From an uncultured Bacteroidia bacterium (GTDB lineage: Bacteria; Bacteroidota; Bacteroidia; NS11-12g; UBA9320), in contig CAWURO010000013.1 in the NCBI GenBank assembly GCA_963924815.1, positions 46,461 through 110,460 on the forward strand: a stretch of 64,000 bases of DNA. Reading direction: 5' to 3'. A program made the translations under genes and the position numbers. The notes beneath the pieces are model-generated. The model saw only the letters and a program-made list of their open reading frames with translations, had not been told where the DNA came from and did no database searches. Positions 8,406 to 19,400 of the stretch are shown here, in pieces; position 1 is the stretch's first letter; the number at the start of each line of letters is the position of its first letter.

Positions 8406-9473
8406 ATGAGTCACAACATCAAACCAGGAGTTGCCACAGGAGACGAGGTACAAGCTATCTTTCAACACGCTAAAGCAAATAATTACGCATTGCCAGCCGT
8501 TAACGTAACGAGCAGCAGTACCGTAAATGCCGTAATGGAAACCGCCGCAAAATTAAATGCACCGGTTATCATCCAGTATAGCAATGGTGGAGCTCAGTTT
8601 TTTGCAGGTAAAGGTTTGAGTAACGCCAATGAGCAATCTGCTATATTAGGTGGTATATCTGGAGCTCAACACATTCACGAGTTGGCAAAAGCATACGGAG
8701 CAACGGTTATTTTACACACCGACCATGCCGCTAAAAAACTACTTCCTTGGATTGACGGTTTACTTGATGCAAGTGAGAAACATTTTGCGGAAACAGGTAA
8801 GCCTTTGTACAGTTCTCACATGATTGACTTATCTGAAGAGTCTATAGAAGAAAACATTGAAATCTGTAAAACATACCTTGAGCGCATGAGCAAAATGGGA
8901 ATGACTTTGGAGATTGAGCTAGGAATAACAGGCGGTGAAGAAGACGGCGTAGATAATAGCGATGTAGACAGCAGTAAATTATATACACAACCAAGTGAGG
9001 TTGCATTTGCCTACGAGGAACTCATGAAAGTTAGTCCACGATTTACCATAGCTGCAGCATTTGGCAATGTACACGGGGTGTATAAGCCAGGTAATGTGAA
9101 GTTAACTCCCATTATCTTAAAAAATTCGCAAGATTATGTACAAGAGAAATTCAGTACAGGTCATAATCCAGTTGATTTTGTTTTTCACGGTGGGTCAGGA
9201 TCAACAGTAGAAGAAATAAGAGAAGGAATTTCGTATGGAGTGATCAAAATGAACATTGATACGGATTTGCAATTTGCATTTACCGAAGGAACAAGAGATT
9301 ACATGTTGGCTAAAAAAGACTACTTGATGAAACAGATAGGAAACCCAGATGGCGAAGACGTTCCAAATAAGAAATACTACGATCCACGTTTATGGATGAG
9401 AGAAGGGGAAAAAACCTTTGTAACGCGATTAGAGCAAGCTTTCGCAGATTTAAATAACGTGAATACGTTATAG
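8406..9473 (+). CDS. fbaA: Class II fructose-bisphosphate aldolase
   Basis: 355 aa with a typical class IIa Fba sequence (…HTDHAAKKLLPWIDGLL…, …NIDTDLQ…). Confidence 0.93.
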   Translation: MSHNIKPGVATGDEVQAIFQHAKANNYALPAVNVTSSSTVNAVMETAAKLNAPVIIQYSNGGAQFFAGKGLSNANEQSAILGGISGAQHIHELAKAYGATVILHTDHAAKKLLPWIDGLLDASEKHFAETGKPLYSSHMIDLSEESIEENIEICKTYLERMSKMGMTLEIELGITGGEEDGVDNSDVDSSKLYTQPSEVAFAYEELMKVSPRFTIAAAFGNVHGVYKPGNVKLTPIILKNSQDYVQEKFSTGHNPVDFVFHGGSGSTVEEIREGISYGVIKMNIDTDLQFAFTEGTRDYMLAKKDYLMKQIGNPDGEDVPNKKYYDPRLWMREGEKTFVTRLEQAFADLNNVNTL

Positions 9474-9508
9474 AAATACTAGCGTTTAAATACCAATAAC
9501 TTTTAAAG

Positions 9509-9546
9509 GCCTTTTGATCACTTCGGTGGTTGAGGGGCTTTTTTAT
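9509..9546 (+). terminator. Rho-independent terminator of fbaA
   Basis: Stem CCUUUUGAUCAC / GUGGUUGAGGGG (G-U rich on the + strand) with a UUCG loop, followed by a U-tract. Confidence 0.55.
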
Positions 9547-9646
9547 GAGCTAAGGATAAACGTTTATAAAATACTTAATGCCATTTTATAGCCTTCTTTA
9601 CGTACTTTGAGTGAGAACGACTAGAAGCTATGTAAACAAAAATTAG

Positions 9647-11011
9647 TTAGCTGGATAAAGCCCCAATCAAGTCATACTTGGTTAGTATATGAACGGTGCC
9701 GCTCAAGTCTTTTACCAGAACTGCGGGGTTATCTTTATTGATTAACGAGGAAACCTTATCAATAGGAGCAGAGGCTTCTACCATGGGGAAACTGGCGTGC
9801 ATCACATCACTTATTTTTTGAGTAGCCAGTTCAGGATTCTTTAAGAGTTGCGAAAGCAGTTGATTGTCATTTACAGATCCTACAAAATCTCCTTGCATGT
9901 TTACTACGGGTAGTTGAGAAATACCGTGTTTTTCCATTAAGTCGAAAGCTACTTTTACATGATCTGTTTCAAACACGGTAAGCATAGGCAAATGTCTGTG
10001 ATTGCTAATCATGTCCTCAGCTGTTTTGGGTTTGCTGTCTAAAAAACCACGTTCTTTCATCCATTCATCATTAAAAGCTTTGCCCATATAACGGGTAGCA
10101 TGATCATGAAATAAAACCACCACTACATCGGTAGGTTTTAGCATATGAGCACATTGAAGTATTCCTTTTACTGCACTTCCTGCACTGTTTCCGACCATTA
10201 TGCCCTCTTCTCGGGCTAGTTTACGTTGCCAAAGTAGTCCATCTTTATCGGTTACTTTTTCAAAGTGATCAATCGTATCAAAGTTTACATTCTGAGGTAA
10301 AATATCTTCTCCGATGCCTTCTGTGATGTATGGATAAATTTCTTTTGTATCAAAAATGCCGGTTTCCTTATATTTTTTAAAGACAGAACCATAGGTGTCT
10401 ATTCCCCAACATTGTATGGCAGGATTTTTCTCTTTTAAGTACTTTCCTACTCCGCTAATAGTACCACCTGTACCTACTCCAGATACAAAGTGTGTAATTT
10501 TACCTTCTGATTGTTCCCAAATTTCAGGGCCAGTACTTTCATAATGCGCTTGTGTGTTGCTCGGGTTGTCGTATTGATTGACATACCACGCATTGGGTAT
10601 CTCGCTGCCCAATCGCTTACTTACTGAATAGTAGGAGCGTGCATCGGTGGGTTCTACATCGGTAGGGCACACAATTACCTCGGCACCTACAGATTTTAAG
10701 GCATCTACTTTTTCTTTACTTTGCTTATCTGTGGTTACAAAAATACATTTGTATCCTTTTACAACGGCAGCTATAGCTAAGCCCATTCCCGTATTTCCGC
10801 TGGTGCCTTCTACAATTGTTCCTCCGGGTTTTAATCTACCATCTGCTTCTGCATCTTCAATCATTTTAACCGCCATACGGTCTTTTACTGAGTTGCCTGG
10901 ATTGGTAGTTTCTATCTTAGCTAAAACCAAACATGGAAGCTCAGCAGTTACTTTGTTTAATTTAACAAGTGGCGTATTTCCTATGGTTTCGAGTATGTCG
11001 TTGTAATACAT
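9647..11011 (-). CDS. PLP-dependent cysteine synthase / cystathionine beta-synthase with a C-terminal CBS-domain pair
   Basis: 454 aa. The N-terminus reads …IGNTPLVKLN…NPGNSVKDR…GTSGNTG… and the C-terminus has tandem CBS-like segments. Confidence 0.88.
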   Translation of the reverse strand: MYYNDILETIGNTPLVKLNKVTAELPCLVLAKIETTNPGNSVKDRMAVKMIEDAEADGRLKPGGTIVEGTSGNTGMGLAIAAVVKGYKCIFVTTDKQSKEKVDALKSVGAEVIVCPTDVEPTDARSYYSVSKRLGSEIPNAWYVNQYDNPSNTQAHYESTGPEIWEQSEGKITHFVSGVGTGGTISGVGKYLKEKNPAIQCWGIDTYGSVFKKYKETGIFDTKEIYPYITEGIGEDILPQNVNFDTIDHFEKVTDKDGLLWQRKLAREEGIMVGNSAGSAVKGILQCAHMLKPTDVVVVLFHDHATRYMGKAFNDEWMKERGFLDSKPKTAEDMISNHRHLPMLTVFETDHVKVAFDLMEKHGISQLPVVNMQGDFVGSVNDNQLLSQLLKNPELATQKISDVMHASFPMVEASAPIDKVSSLINKDNPAVLVKDLSGTVHILTKYDLIGALSS

Positions 11012-11016
11012 TGGGG

Positions 11017-11024
11017 CAAAGGTA
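11017..11024 (-). promoter_or_regulatory. -7 promoter box TACCTTTG, 5 nt upstream of the ATG at 11011
   Basis: Exact TAnnTTTG match on the minus strand. The spacing implies a leaderless or near-leaderless mRNA. Confidence 0.4.
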
Positions 11025-11200
11025 AAGTTTTTGAAATGATGCGTATGACTTAACGTAATTTATAGCTTTAGTTTCAACAATATACCATGTAGGTAGAGCA
11101 TTATCATGAGACATTGGTCTGTATATACAGATATTTTATCCGATAACATTAGGATAATATCTCAGAAAATAGAGATTTGTGGCACTTTTATAATCAATCA

Positions 11201-13390
11201 ATGAAAAAAATAGTTACACTTATTTTAGGTTTTGCTTTAGTAATAAGCAGCCAGTTTGCCAAGGCAGACGAAGGAATGTGGATTCCCGCATTGCTTACCA
11301 ATAATTATGCTGAAATGCAGCGACTCGGTCTTACCATGACACCAGAGCAGGTGTACAGCATTAACAACAGCAGTATGAAAGATGCCATAGTTCGTTTAGG
11401 ATCTGGTTTCTGTACAGGTGAGGTTATTAGTAACCAAGGTCTTATTTTAACCAATCATCACTGTGGTTATTCCGCTATTCAAAAGTTAAGCTCAACTACG
11501 GCTAATCATTTGAAAAATGGGTACTGGGCAAAAACAAAAGCAGATGAAAAGCCAGCAGGTTTTAGTGTTTCATTTTTAGTAAAAATTGTAGACATCACAG
11601 ACAAAGTACTAGGTGGAGTATCAGCAAAAGCTACGGAAGAAGAAAGAGCAGGTGTTGTTGCTGAAAAATCTGCAGAACTAAAGAAAGAATATAGTGAATC
11701 AGATGCATACAGCGTAGATATCAAAGAAATGTTTGCAGGTAATAAATACTTCGCATACGTGTATGAAGTATTTGGTGATGTAAGACTAGTAGGTAATCCT
11801 CCAGAAAGTGTAGGTAAATACGGAGGAGATACGGACAACTGGATGTGGCCACGTCATACCGGAGATTTCTCTATGTTTAGAATATATGCCAGCAAAGAAA
11901 ATAAAGCAACTAAAGAGTATTCAGTGGAAAATATTGCATATACGCCAAAACACCACTTACCGGTAAGTTTAAAAGGAGTAGAACAAGGTGATTTTGCTAT
12001 GATCTGGGGCTTTCCAGGAAGTACTGATCGTTATTTATCATCTTATGGTGTAAAAAATGCGACAGATATTGACCAACCTGCACGTGTAAAAATAAGAAGA
12101 ACAAAGTTAGATATTTATGAAAAATACCAAGCGCAAGACGAATCTGTAGACTTAATGTATGCGGCTAAGCACGCTCAAGTAGCCAACTACTGGAAATACT
12201 TTATTGGACAAACAAGAGGTTTGAAAAGACTGAATGTGGAAGGTAAAAAACGTGCAGAAGAAGCTGCTTTTACGCATTGGGTAAACAGTGGTGATGCTGC
12301 ACGTAATGCAAAATTTGGTCAAGTGTTAACCATGTACCAAGATGCGTATAAAGTTTACGATGAGAAAATATTAGCTCAAACCTATTTTGGGGAAGCTATT
12401 TATGGTGTTGAATTTACACGTTACGCAGCAGGTCTTTCTCGTTTACGTGACATGTATGCTTCCTTAGATACCATGGAATCAAAAGAAGCAAAAGCTGCAT
12501 TTCAAGTTAAAATAGATAAAACGATAGAAAGCTACAAAAACGGCTTAGATGCACAGTTTAAAGATTACTATCAACCTATAGACAAAGAAGTAATGGTTGC
12601 TATGCTTACCTATTACGTTAATGATATTCCGGAGTCTCTAAGACCAGCAGAATTTAACAAGCTATTAGCGAAGTATAAAAATAACATCGCTAAGTATGTA
12701 GATGCTGTTTTTGCCAATTCAATGGCAGTAGATAAAGATAAATCGGCAGCGTTCCTAAATGCACCTAGTGCTAAAGCACTTAAAAAGGACCTTGGGGTTA
12801 CCTATGCTGGAATGATGTTTAACTACTATATGTCGGATTTACAACCTATGTTCTCTGATGCATCGGCAAAAAGAGATCTTGCTGATAGATTATACATAGA
12901 CGCTTTATTCCAAATGAATCCGGAGAAAGCATATGCTCCTGATGCAAATAGCAGTATGAGATTTACCTACGGTCAAGTATTAGAGTACTCCCCAGGTGAC
13001 GCTATGCAGTACAAGCACTTTACCACGATGAAAGGTATATTAGAAAAATACCAACCAGGTGATGCGGAGTTTGATTTGCCTGCAGGATTCGTTGAAGCAG
13101 CAAAAAGCAGTAACTATGGTGAGTATGCTAAAGAAGGTGAAGATTTAAGAGTTTGTTTCTTGAGTAACAATGATATTACAGGAGGCAACTCAGGTAGTCC
13201 AGTTATTAATGGAAAAGGCGAGCTTATTGGTCTTGCATTTGATGGTAATTGGGAAGCAATGAGTGGAGATATCGCATTTGAGCCAGAGTTGCAAAGAACC
13301 ATTTCTGTAGATATACGCTATGTATTGTGGTGTATTGACAAACTTGCAGGTGCAAAACACATCGTAGATGAAATGACGCTAGCGAGATAA
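11201..13390 (+). CDS. S46 family dipeptidyl-peptidase (DPP7/DPP11-like)
   Basis: Signal peptide then DEGMWIP. Also TNHHCGY (His) and GGNSGSPV (Ser). The ATG at 11201 (MKKIVTL…) is preferred over the track start at 11177. Confidence 0.88.
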   Translation: MKKIVTLILGFALVISSQFAKADEGMWIPALLTNNYAEMQRLGLTMTPEQVYSINNSSMKDAIVRLGSGFCTGEVISNQGLILTNHHCGYSAIQKLSSTTANHLKNGYWAKTKADEKPAGFSVSFLVKIVDITDKVLGGVSAKATEEERAGVVAEKSAELKKEYSESDAYSVDIKEMFAGNKYFAYVYEVFGDVRLVGNPPESVGKYGGDTDNWMWPRHTGDFSMFRIYASKENKATKEYSVENIAYTPKHHLPVSLKGVEQGDFAMIWGFPGSTDRYLSSYGVKNATDIDQPARVKIRRTKLDIYEKYQAQDESVDLMYAAKHAQVANYWKYFIGQTRGLKRLNVEGKKRAEEAAFTHWVNSGDAARNAKFGQVLTMYQDAYKVYDEKILAQTYFGEAIYGVEFTRYAAGLSRLRDMYASLDTMESKEAKAAFQVKIDKTIESYKNGLDAQFKDYYQPIDKEVMVAMLTYYVNDIPESLRPAEFNKLLAKYKNNIAKYVDAVFANSMAVDKDKSAAFLNAPSAKALKKDLGVTYAGMMFNYYMSDLQPMFSDASAKRDLADRLYIDALFQMNPEKAYAPDANSSMRFTYGQVLEYSPGDAMQYKHFTTMKGILEKYQPGDAEFDLPAGFVEAAKSSNYGEYAKEGEDLRVCFLSNNDITGGNSGSPVINGKGELIGLAFDGNWEAMSGDIAFEPELQRTISVDIRYVLWCIDKLAGAKHIVDEMTLAR

Positions 13391-13413
13391 TCTTTTCATC
13401 ATAAAGCTAAAAA

Positions 13414-13445
13414 GGGCCATTCGCTATGCGAATGGCCCTTTTTTA
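13414..13445. terminator. Bidirectional rho-independent terminator between convergent genes
   Basis: Perfect 11-bp stem GGGCCATTCGC / GCGAATGGCCC with a TAT loop, flanked by an A-run upstream and a T-run downstream. Confidence 0.85.
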
Positions 13446-13461
13446 TTAATCGCTGAACTAT

Positions 13462-14253
13462 TTAAAACTCCATCACTAACGAATAACACATGGGCAGCTT
13501 TTCGTTTAAGTGACCTAACACAAACTCTCCGGGAGCTCTTTCCTTCATATTTTTAAAACAATTATGGGGAGAGTAATCGTATTCGCTAAAATGCTTAATA
13601 CTCAAACCTGTATTTAGAAGTGCAGTAAAAACTTCATGAAGTGAATGATTCCAGCCTATTTCTTCTAGTTGAATGTCTGCTTCTTGATGAGCGTAGGTGC
13701 CAGGAGTGGTTTCTATGATGGCCTCCTTGTTAAAATAGGAGAACATGATTTGCTCAAATTGCACATCAAACATCCAAACGATAGGGTGCAACTCCACAAA
13801 AACGAATTTCCCTGTTGGCTTTAGAAAGTGACTTACAATGTCTGCCCACTTATCCATATCCGGAAGCCATCCTATGGTGCCGTAGGTGGTAAATACAATA
13901 TCAAATTTTTCGGTGATCAACTCTTTTGCAGCATAAACATCACAACATACAAAAGTTGTATTTAACCCAAGTTCAGTACTTAGTTTTGTAGCTTCATGTA
14001 TCGCCACGTCAGAAATATCTACGCCGGTTACATCTGCGCCCATTCTGCTCAAGCACATGCTGTCTTGGCCAAAATGACACTGTAGGTGCAAAATAGATTT
14101 TCCTTTTATGTCTCCAAGAAGTGCTAATTCAATGGGTTTTAAAGAGGTTTTTCCTTTTCTGAAAGCCTCCACTTCGTAAAAGTCACTCTTCAAATGAATG
14201 GGAGTTTTCTGGTTCCAAAGTTCTTTGTTTACAGCTAGGTAATCTTGGTTCAT
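13462..14253 (-). CDS. Class I SAM-dependent methyltransferase
   Basis: 263 aa with motif I-like …[12 protein letters not shown]…[10 protein letters not shown]…. Confidence 0.8.
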   Translation of the reverse strand: MNQDYLAVNKELWNQKTPIHLKSDFYEVEAFRKGKTSLKPIELALLGDIKGKSILHLQCHFGQDSMCLSRMGADVTGVDISDVAIHEATKLSTELGLNTTFVCCDVYAAKELITEKFDIVFTTYGTIGWLPDMDKWADIVSHFLKPTGKFVFVELHPIVWMFDVQFEQIMFSYFNKEAIIETTPGTYAHQEADIQLEEIGWNHSLHEVFTALLNTGLSIKHFSEYDYSPHNCFKNMKERAPGEFVLGHLNEKLPMCYSLVMEF

Positions 14254-16259
14254 ACTTTTAATAATGCTAAAGCTTCACTTAGATGCTCTACGGGTAATTG
14301 GCACATTCCAAGTCGACAAACATATATTAAGGTTTTATCGTTTACCCATCTGTTCGCAAAAATAGGCAAGTTAGAAGGAGCTACACTGAATAAAATCAAT
14401 GTATTAGGTAGATTTTTGGATTGCAAGTGCTGAGCTATTTTTTCGGCATCGGTTCCCACAATAGCCAGCTCAAAATAAGGCATAGTGTACTTTAGTTGCG
14501 CTCTAGCCCAGTTACTATGCCCACTAGGATAGGTGCTTATGTTCGCCTGCACTTTACCAATTAGATTTTCGGCTAACTCGAGGTAATACGTATTGCCATT
14601 TATTACTCCAATGCTGTGAAGCACGTGGGCCATGGCAGAATTCGTAGATGGAATTACATTGTCATTTACTTCAGTGGTTCGTACAATAAGTTCATTTTGC
14701 TCATTGAAATAAAATAGTTCTTTTTCGACATCATAAAAAGTGTGAATAGCCCTTTGGATAATCATATCTGCGGCATTTAAATAATGCTCATCGCCACTTA
14801 TTTCAAACGCAGCTATACATGCTTCTGCGGTAAATGCGTAATCATCCAACATGCCGTTTATTGTCGAATTTCCAGCTTTATAAGTATGCCAGATTTGGTT
14901 GGGATGCACCTGTAGTTGTAGCAGCGCATCTATACATGTAAGTGCGCGTATTTTATAATCCGGATTGCCAGTTGCTTTATAGGTTTCTGCCAGCCCTGTG
15001 GCCAGCAATGCATTCCAAGCAGTTAGGCACTTGTCATCTAATCCTGGTCGTACTCGTGTGCTTCGAGCAGCGAGTAATTTTGAGTTAATTTGGCCTATGC
15101 GTTGTGCAATATTTTCTTCGGTTATATCCAGTTGTTGGGCAATTTCACTAGGATGATGGTTGCGTAGCAATATGTTATTACCATCTTCCCACATTCCTTT
15201 ACCATCTACTTGATAGTATATGCGAGCTAGCTCATAGTCTTCGCCTAGTAATTCGAGTACTTCTTCGGTTTTCCAAACATAAAACTTTCCTTCTTCTCCT
15301 TCGCTATCTGCATCTAATGCTGCGTAAAAAAGCCCTGAAGCATCTCTCATTTCATGCACAAGCCAATCCGTTATTTTCGTAAGAATTTCAAGGTAGAGCG
15401 GATTATTGTATTTTTTGTATCCTTTGGCATAAATGGTAAGCAGTTGAGCATTGTCATAAAGCATTTTTTCGAAGTGTGGTGCTTTCCAAAGGGCATCTAC
15501 GCTGTACCGCGAGAAGCCACCCGCTAGTTGGTCAAAAATACCTCCATAGGCCATTTTATCTAAGGTGAGTTGAATAAAAGAGTCGGTGTATGTATCTGTA
15601 AATTGATGCGTATAATCCATCAGGAAATGCAGATTGCTAGGCATAGGAAATTTGGGAGCGCCATTGATTCCTCCTTCTGTCATATCCCAACTAGTCTTCC
15701 AATTTTCCACCGTTTTTATGATTTCTTTTGCATCTAGTTTTTCTGTTGGATTATCGCTTATGGCAGTTTCTTGTAGCCGTATTCCTTTGGTTAGTCGGGT
15801 GGCATAATCATTCAATTTTTCGCGATGTTGCTGGTATTGATCATGTACGGTTTGTAATAATTTTAACCAACCTGCGGCGGGGTAATAGGTCCCTGCATGA
15901 AAGGGTTTGCTGTCTGGAAGTGCAAAGCAATTGAGCGGCCAACCTCCGTTTCCAGCTATAATATGGGCTGCAGTCATATAGATTTGATCTACATCTGGAC
16001 GTTCTTCTCTATCTACTTTTATGCAGTAAAAGTTTTCGTTCATATAAGCTGCAATGGCATCATTTTCAAAACTTTCATGCTCCATTACGTGGCACCAATG
16101 ACAACTGCTATACCCAATACTGATGAGTATGGGTTTATCAAGATGTTTTGCTTCTGATAGATTATCAATGTTCCAAGCATGCCAATCTACTGGATTGTGT
16201 GCATGTTGTAAGAGGTAAGGACTGGATTCATGTATGAGATCGTTGGTATGTGTATGCAT
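14250..16259 (-). CDS. Thioredoxin-domain protein (DUF255/YyaL family)
   Basis: [17 protein letters not shown]…[13 protein letters not shown]…, followed by an alpha/alpha-toroid-like region. The ATG at 16259 (MHTHTNDL…) is preferred over 16310. The stop overlaps the downstream methyltransferase start by 4 nt. Confidence 0.85.
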   Translation of the reverse strand: MHTHTNDLIHESSPYLLQHAHNPVDWHAWNIDNLSEAKHLDKPILISIGYSSCHWCHVMEHESFENDAIAAYMNENFYCIKVDREERPDVDQIYMTAAHIIAGNGGWPLNCFALPDSKPFHAGTYYPAAGWLKLLQTVHDQYQQHREKLNDYATRLTKGIRLQETAISDNPTEKLDAKEIIKTVENWKTSWDMTEGGINGAPKFPMPSNLHFLMDYTHQFTDTYTDSFIQLTLDKMAYGGIFDQLAGGFSRYSVDALWKAPHFEKMLYDNAQLLTIYAKGYKKYNNPLYLEILTKITDWLVHEMRDASGLFYAALDADSEGEEGKFYVWKTEEVLELLGEDYELARIYYQVDGKGMWEDGNNILLRNHHPSEIAQQLDITEENIAQRIGQINSKLLAARSTRVRPGLDDKCLTAWNALLATGLAETYKATGNPDYKIRALTCIDALLQLQVHPNQIWHTYKAGNSTINGMLDDYAFTAEACIAAFEISGDEHYLNAADMIIQRAIHTFYDVEKELFYFNEQNELIVRTTEVNDNVIPSTNSAMAHVLHSIGVINGNTYYLELAENLIGKVQANISTYPSGHSNWARAQLKYTMPYFELAIVGTDAEKIAQHLQSKNLPNTLILFSVAPSNLPIFANRWVNDKTLIYVCRLGMCQLPVEHLSEALALLKV

Positions 16260-16395
16260 GTTTGTTATTGTGTTTTTTTGCAAGGGTTTATTGAGGGTGA
16301 TATAACACAAAAGGAATAAAACCTATTTTTCATCATTTTAGGTCGAAAATTAGGCTTATTAATTGGTTTTAATCAGTATAATTCGTTGAAAGATG

Positions 16396-16403
16396 TATTT
16401 TTG
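16396..16403 (+). promoter_or_regulatory. -7 promoter box TATTTTTG
   Basis: Exact TAnnTTTG, 11 nt upstream of the ATG at 16415. Confidence 0.4.
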
Positions 16404-16414
16404 ATTGCTCGAGA

Positions 16415-19400
16415 ATGCTACAACGAAGTTTATACACTGCGGTCTTTACGCTGATGCTCTTATGGTCATCTGCGCAATATACCCAAATAGGGAGTGGAGG
16501 ATTCTCTAATACCAATTTTGGGCCACTTAGAACAGATACTTCTGTTAATTATTACAGTCGTTTTGCTATGATTTATCCCGCAGCTACGCTGGGTGATTTA
16601 ACACATGGTGATCAATTAGCTGCGCTAGCATTCAGCCATAACTCATTTGATACCATGAGAGGCACCGGCCAACTCAAAATATATCTAAAATCTACCTCGC
16701 AATCTGACTTTGGTACGGGCGCTCTTAACTGGCTGGCAGAAGCGCGTAACGGGATGACTCTAGTGTATAGTGGAGATCCGAATGGTTTGATTAATCCTTC
16801 ACCTTCTGATGTACTTTTTAAGTTTAATCAAGTAAATCAATATACATGGGACACCTCAGGTAATGCTATAAATTTTGAGGTTTTAGTAGAATATCAACAA
16901 ACGACTAAGCAGGACGGATACATCGATTGGTTTTGTGAAAATTCTTCCACTGTCAGCGGTTTTGTCTCGCCCAATGAGAACAAATATAGGTATGGTTCTA
17001 GTGTGGCGGGCTTAGACAGTTTGACTAATTTTAGTTCTATTATTAAGCCTACTCTTTCACTATTTTACCCTAGGTATAACCACGATTTGGCGGTTAAAAG
17101 AGCCTATGCATTGGGCACTGTTCCCTTGCTTATGCGTCAGCCTGATAGTCTTAAAGTAGTTATTGCTAATTACGGTAAGAGTACAGTTACCAATAAAAAA
17201 TTATTTCTAAAGGTAAGTGGAGCCAATATCTATAACGATACCATAACCGTTGCTTCTATTGATCCGTTTGAAGAGAAATTTGTTTATTTCAATACCTACC
17301 AGCCTAAGTTATTGGGTACAGATTCTCTTTTAATTACGGCGGAGTTAGATAGTTCGTTAAACAATAATACTATATCGAAGGAAAGTGTTGTAAGTTACAA
17401 TATTTACTCTCATGCAGATCCTTTTGCAGGCAGTTCAGGTGGTATTGGTTTTACGGGATCAACTGGAGATTTTTTAGCTAAATTTTATGTATTGGGAACT
17501 TCTTTTATAAATCAAATAAAAGTTGATTTTACTGCAGTTGGTCGCGAGTTCCAATTAGGAGTGTGGAACGATGATGGTCCAGGTCAATTGCCAGGTACGG
17601 TATTATTTATGTCTGATACATCCTTAACGTCCAACGGTACCTTCATTATGTCGGTATTACCCAAGGTGCAGGTAAGCGGGGGCTATTATGTAGGGATAAG
17701 ACAAACTACCAATACAAACGTGGGTTTTAGTTTTCAATACGAAACGCCGGTAAGGCCTCATTCTTTTTATTTTACAGCTCCTGCAGGTGATTCTATTTGG
17801 ACTCCGTTTTTTCCAGGTTTTAACTTTAATTTTAAAATCCAACCACGTTTACAAGTGGCTAATGATATTGCTATATTTAATATTATCAGTCCGGCAAATG
17901 GCGATACGATTGAATATAGTCTTACAGATTCACTGCCTCTAAAGGCGAAAATCATTAACTATGGTTTTCAGAATCAAGGTAGCTTTATCGTTAGAATGCA
18001 GATTCTAAATAGATTTGCTCAACAAGTATTTTCAAACGATCAGATTGTTTCATTGAATGCGCATGATACCGCTACGGTTAATTTTGGTAAGTTTAGCTTA
18101 TACAATTTAGGTCAATTTACCGCCAAGGTAACAGCTTTTCTATCGACAGATAGTATTCTCGATAACAATAGTAAGGCATCTGTATTTGATTTGATAAAGA
18201 ATCGAGATGTAGGGGTGAATCGAATATACTTTCCTGCCAACGGAGAAATATTTGACCTCAATAGAGATACGTTTCAGCCAACGATTAGAGTAGATAATTA
18301 CGGTGCAACGGCCATAAATAATTTTCGAGTTAGAGGGGAATTGTTAAATTCAAAAGGAAAAATTCTCGATAGCGATGAGTTTACCATTTCACTGGGAGCT
18401 AATTTAAATGTCATAAAAACGTTTAAATACATGAAACTTACTGAACCCGGCAGTATTTTATTCAGAGCCTATACGATATTAGCCAATGATAGTTTTCCTG
18501 CAAATGATACCGCCCAGGTCACTTTAATTGCAAGAAAAATAGATGATATTGCTATCCAAAATGTTACTACACCCAAGGCTATTAAATACCCCTTTAACAA
18601 TAAAATAAAACCTTACCTCAACATTAAAAATGAAGGATTAAACCGCCAAGATTCTATTCTTATTGTCGTAAAAATTACAAACACTGATGGTATAATAATT
18701 TATCGAGATACAGCATTTAGGTCCTTGGCTGCAATTAGTATTAGTCAGATTATTTTTAAGGAAATAGCACTTAATATTTTGGGAGAATATGTATTTGAGG
18801 CAAATGCTTACATACTAAAAGACCAATGGCGCGTGAATGATACCATGCGTATACCATTCTCTGTAGTTACAGGTAATGATCTTATGCTAGTGCGTTTGGA
18901 GACTCCAAAAGGAGTAATACCTGTAAATACTACAGCCAGTTCACCTTTACTAGAAATACGCAATAATGGTTTTAATCCCATTGTAGATGCCAAAGTAACT
19001 TGTGAGATCATCAATAACTTAAATTCACGTATCTATTTGGATTCGCTTAGCGTTTCCTTAGATACTTCGGAGTCTAAGTTAATTAGTTTTAGCCCATTGG
19101 AATTTGATGATTTGGGTGATTACTATGTGAACATAATTAATAATTGGCCGCTAGAACATGAGCCAGGCTATAACGATACCATTTACACCACCTATAGTAC
19201 TCGATTTTCTCAAGATTTGGGTATTAGTGCTCATTTACTACCCCATAATAAGGATACTTTAGAATTGAATGAGTCACTTAAGCCAAGCATTCAGGTTACT
19301 AATTATGGGCTAGATACAATGTCTAACGTACGAATAGCTATTGCACTCGTAAATAGTGCAGCTATTCCTGTGTACCTAGATACACTATCCATAAACCAGC

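Noticed and set aside
11012-11200. Possible SAM or other riboswitch upstream of the CBS-type cysteine/cystathionine synthase
   Set aside because: I read the minus-strand leader and found no SAM-I/II/IV-like conserved blocks. An exact -7 promoter box also sits only 5 nt from the ATG, leaving no room for a leader.
16260-16310. Longer N-terminal extensions offered by the ORF track (also 11177, 21897, 25453, 30948, 32014, 32154, 36219, 41597 and 47303)
   Set aside because: The extensions add non-signal, non-conserved residues ahead of canonical N-termini or signal peptides. In several cases they contain the promoter box or overlap the divergent neighbour, so I preferred the shorter starts.
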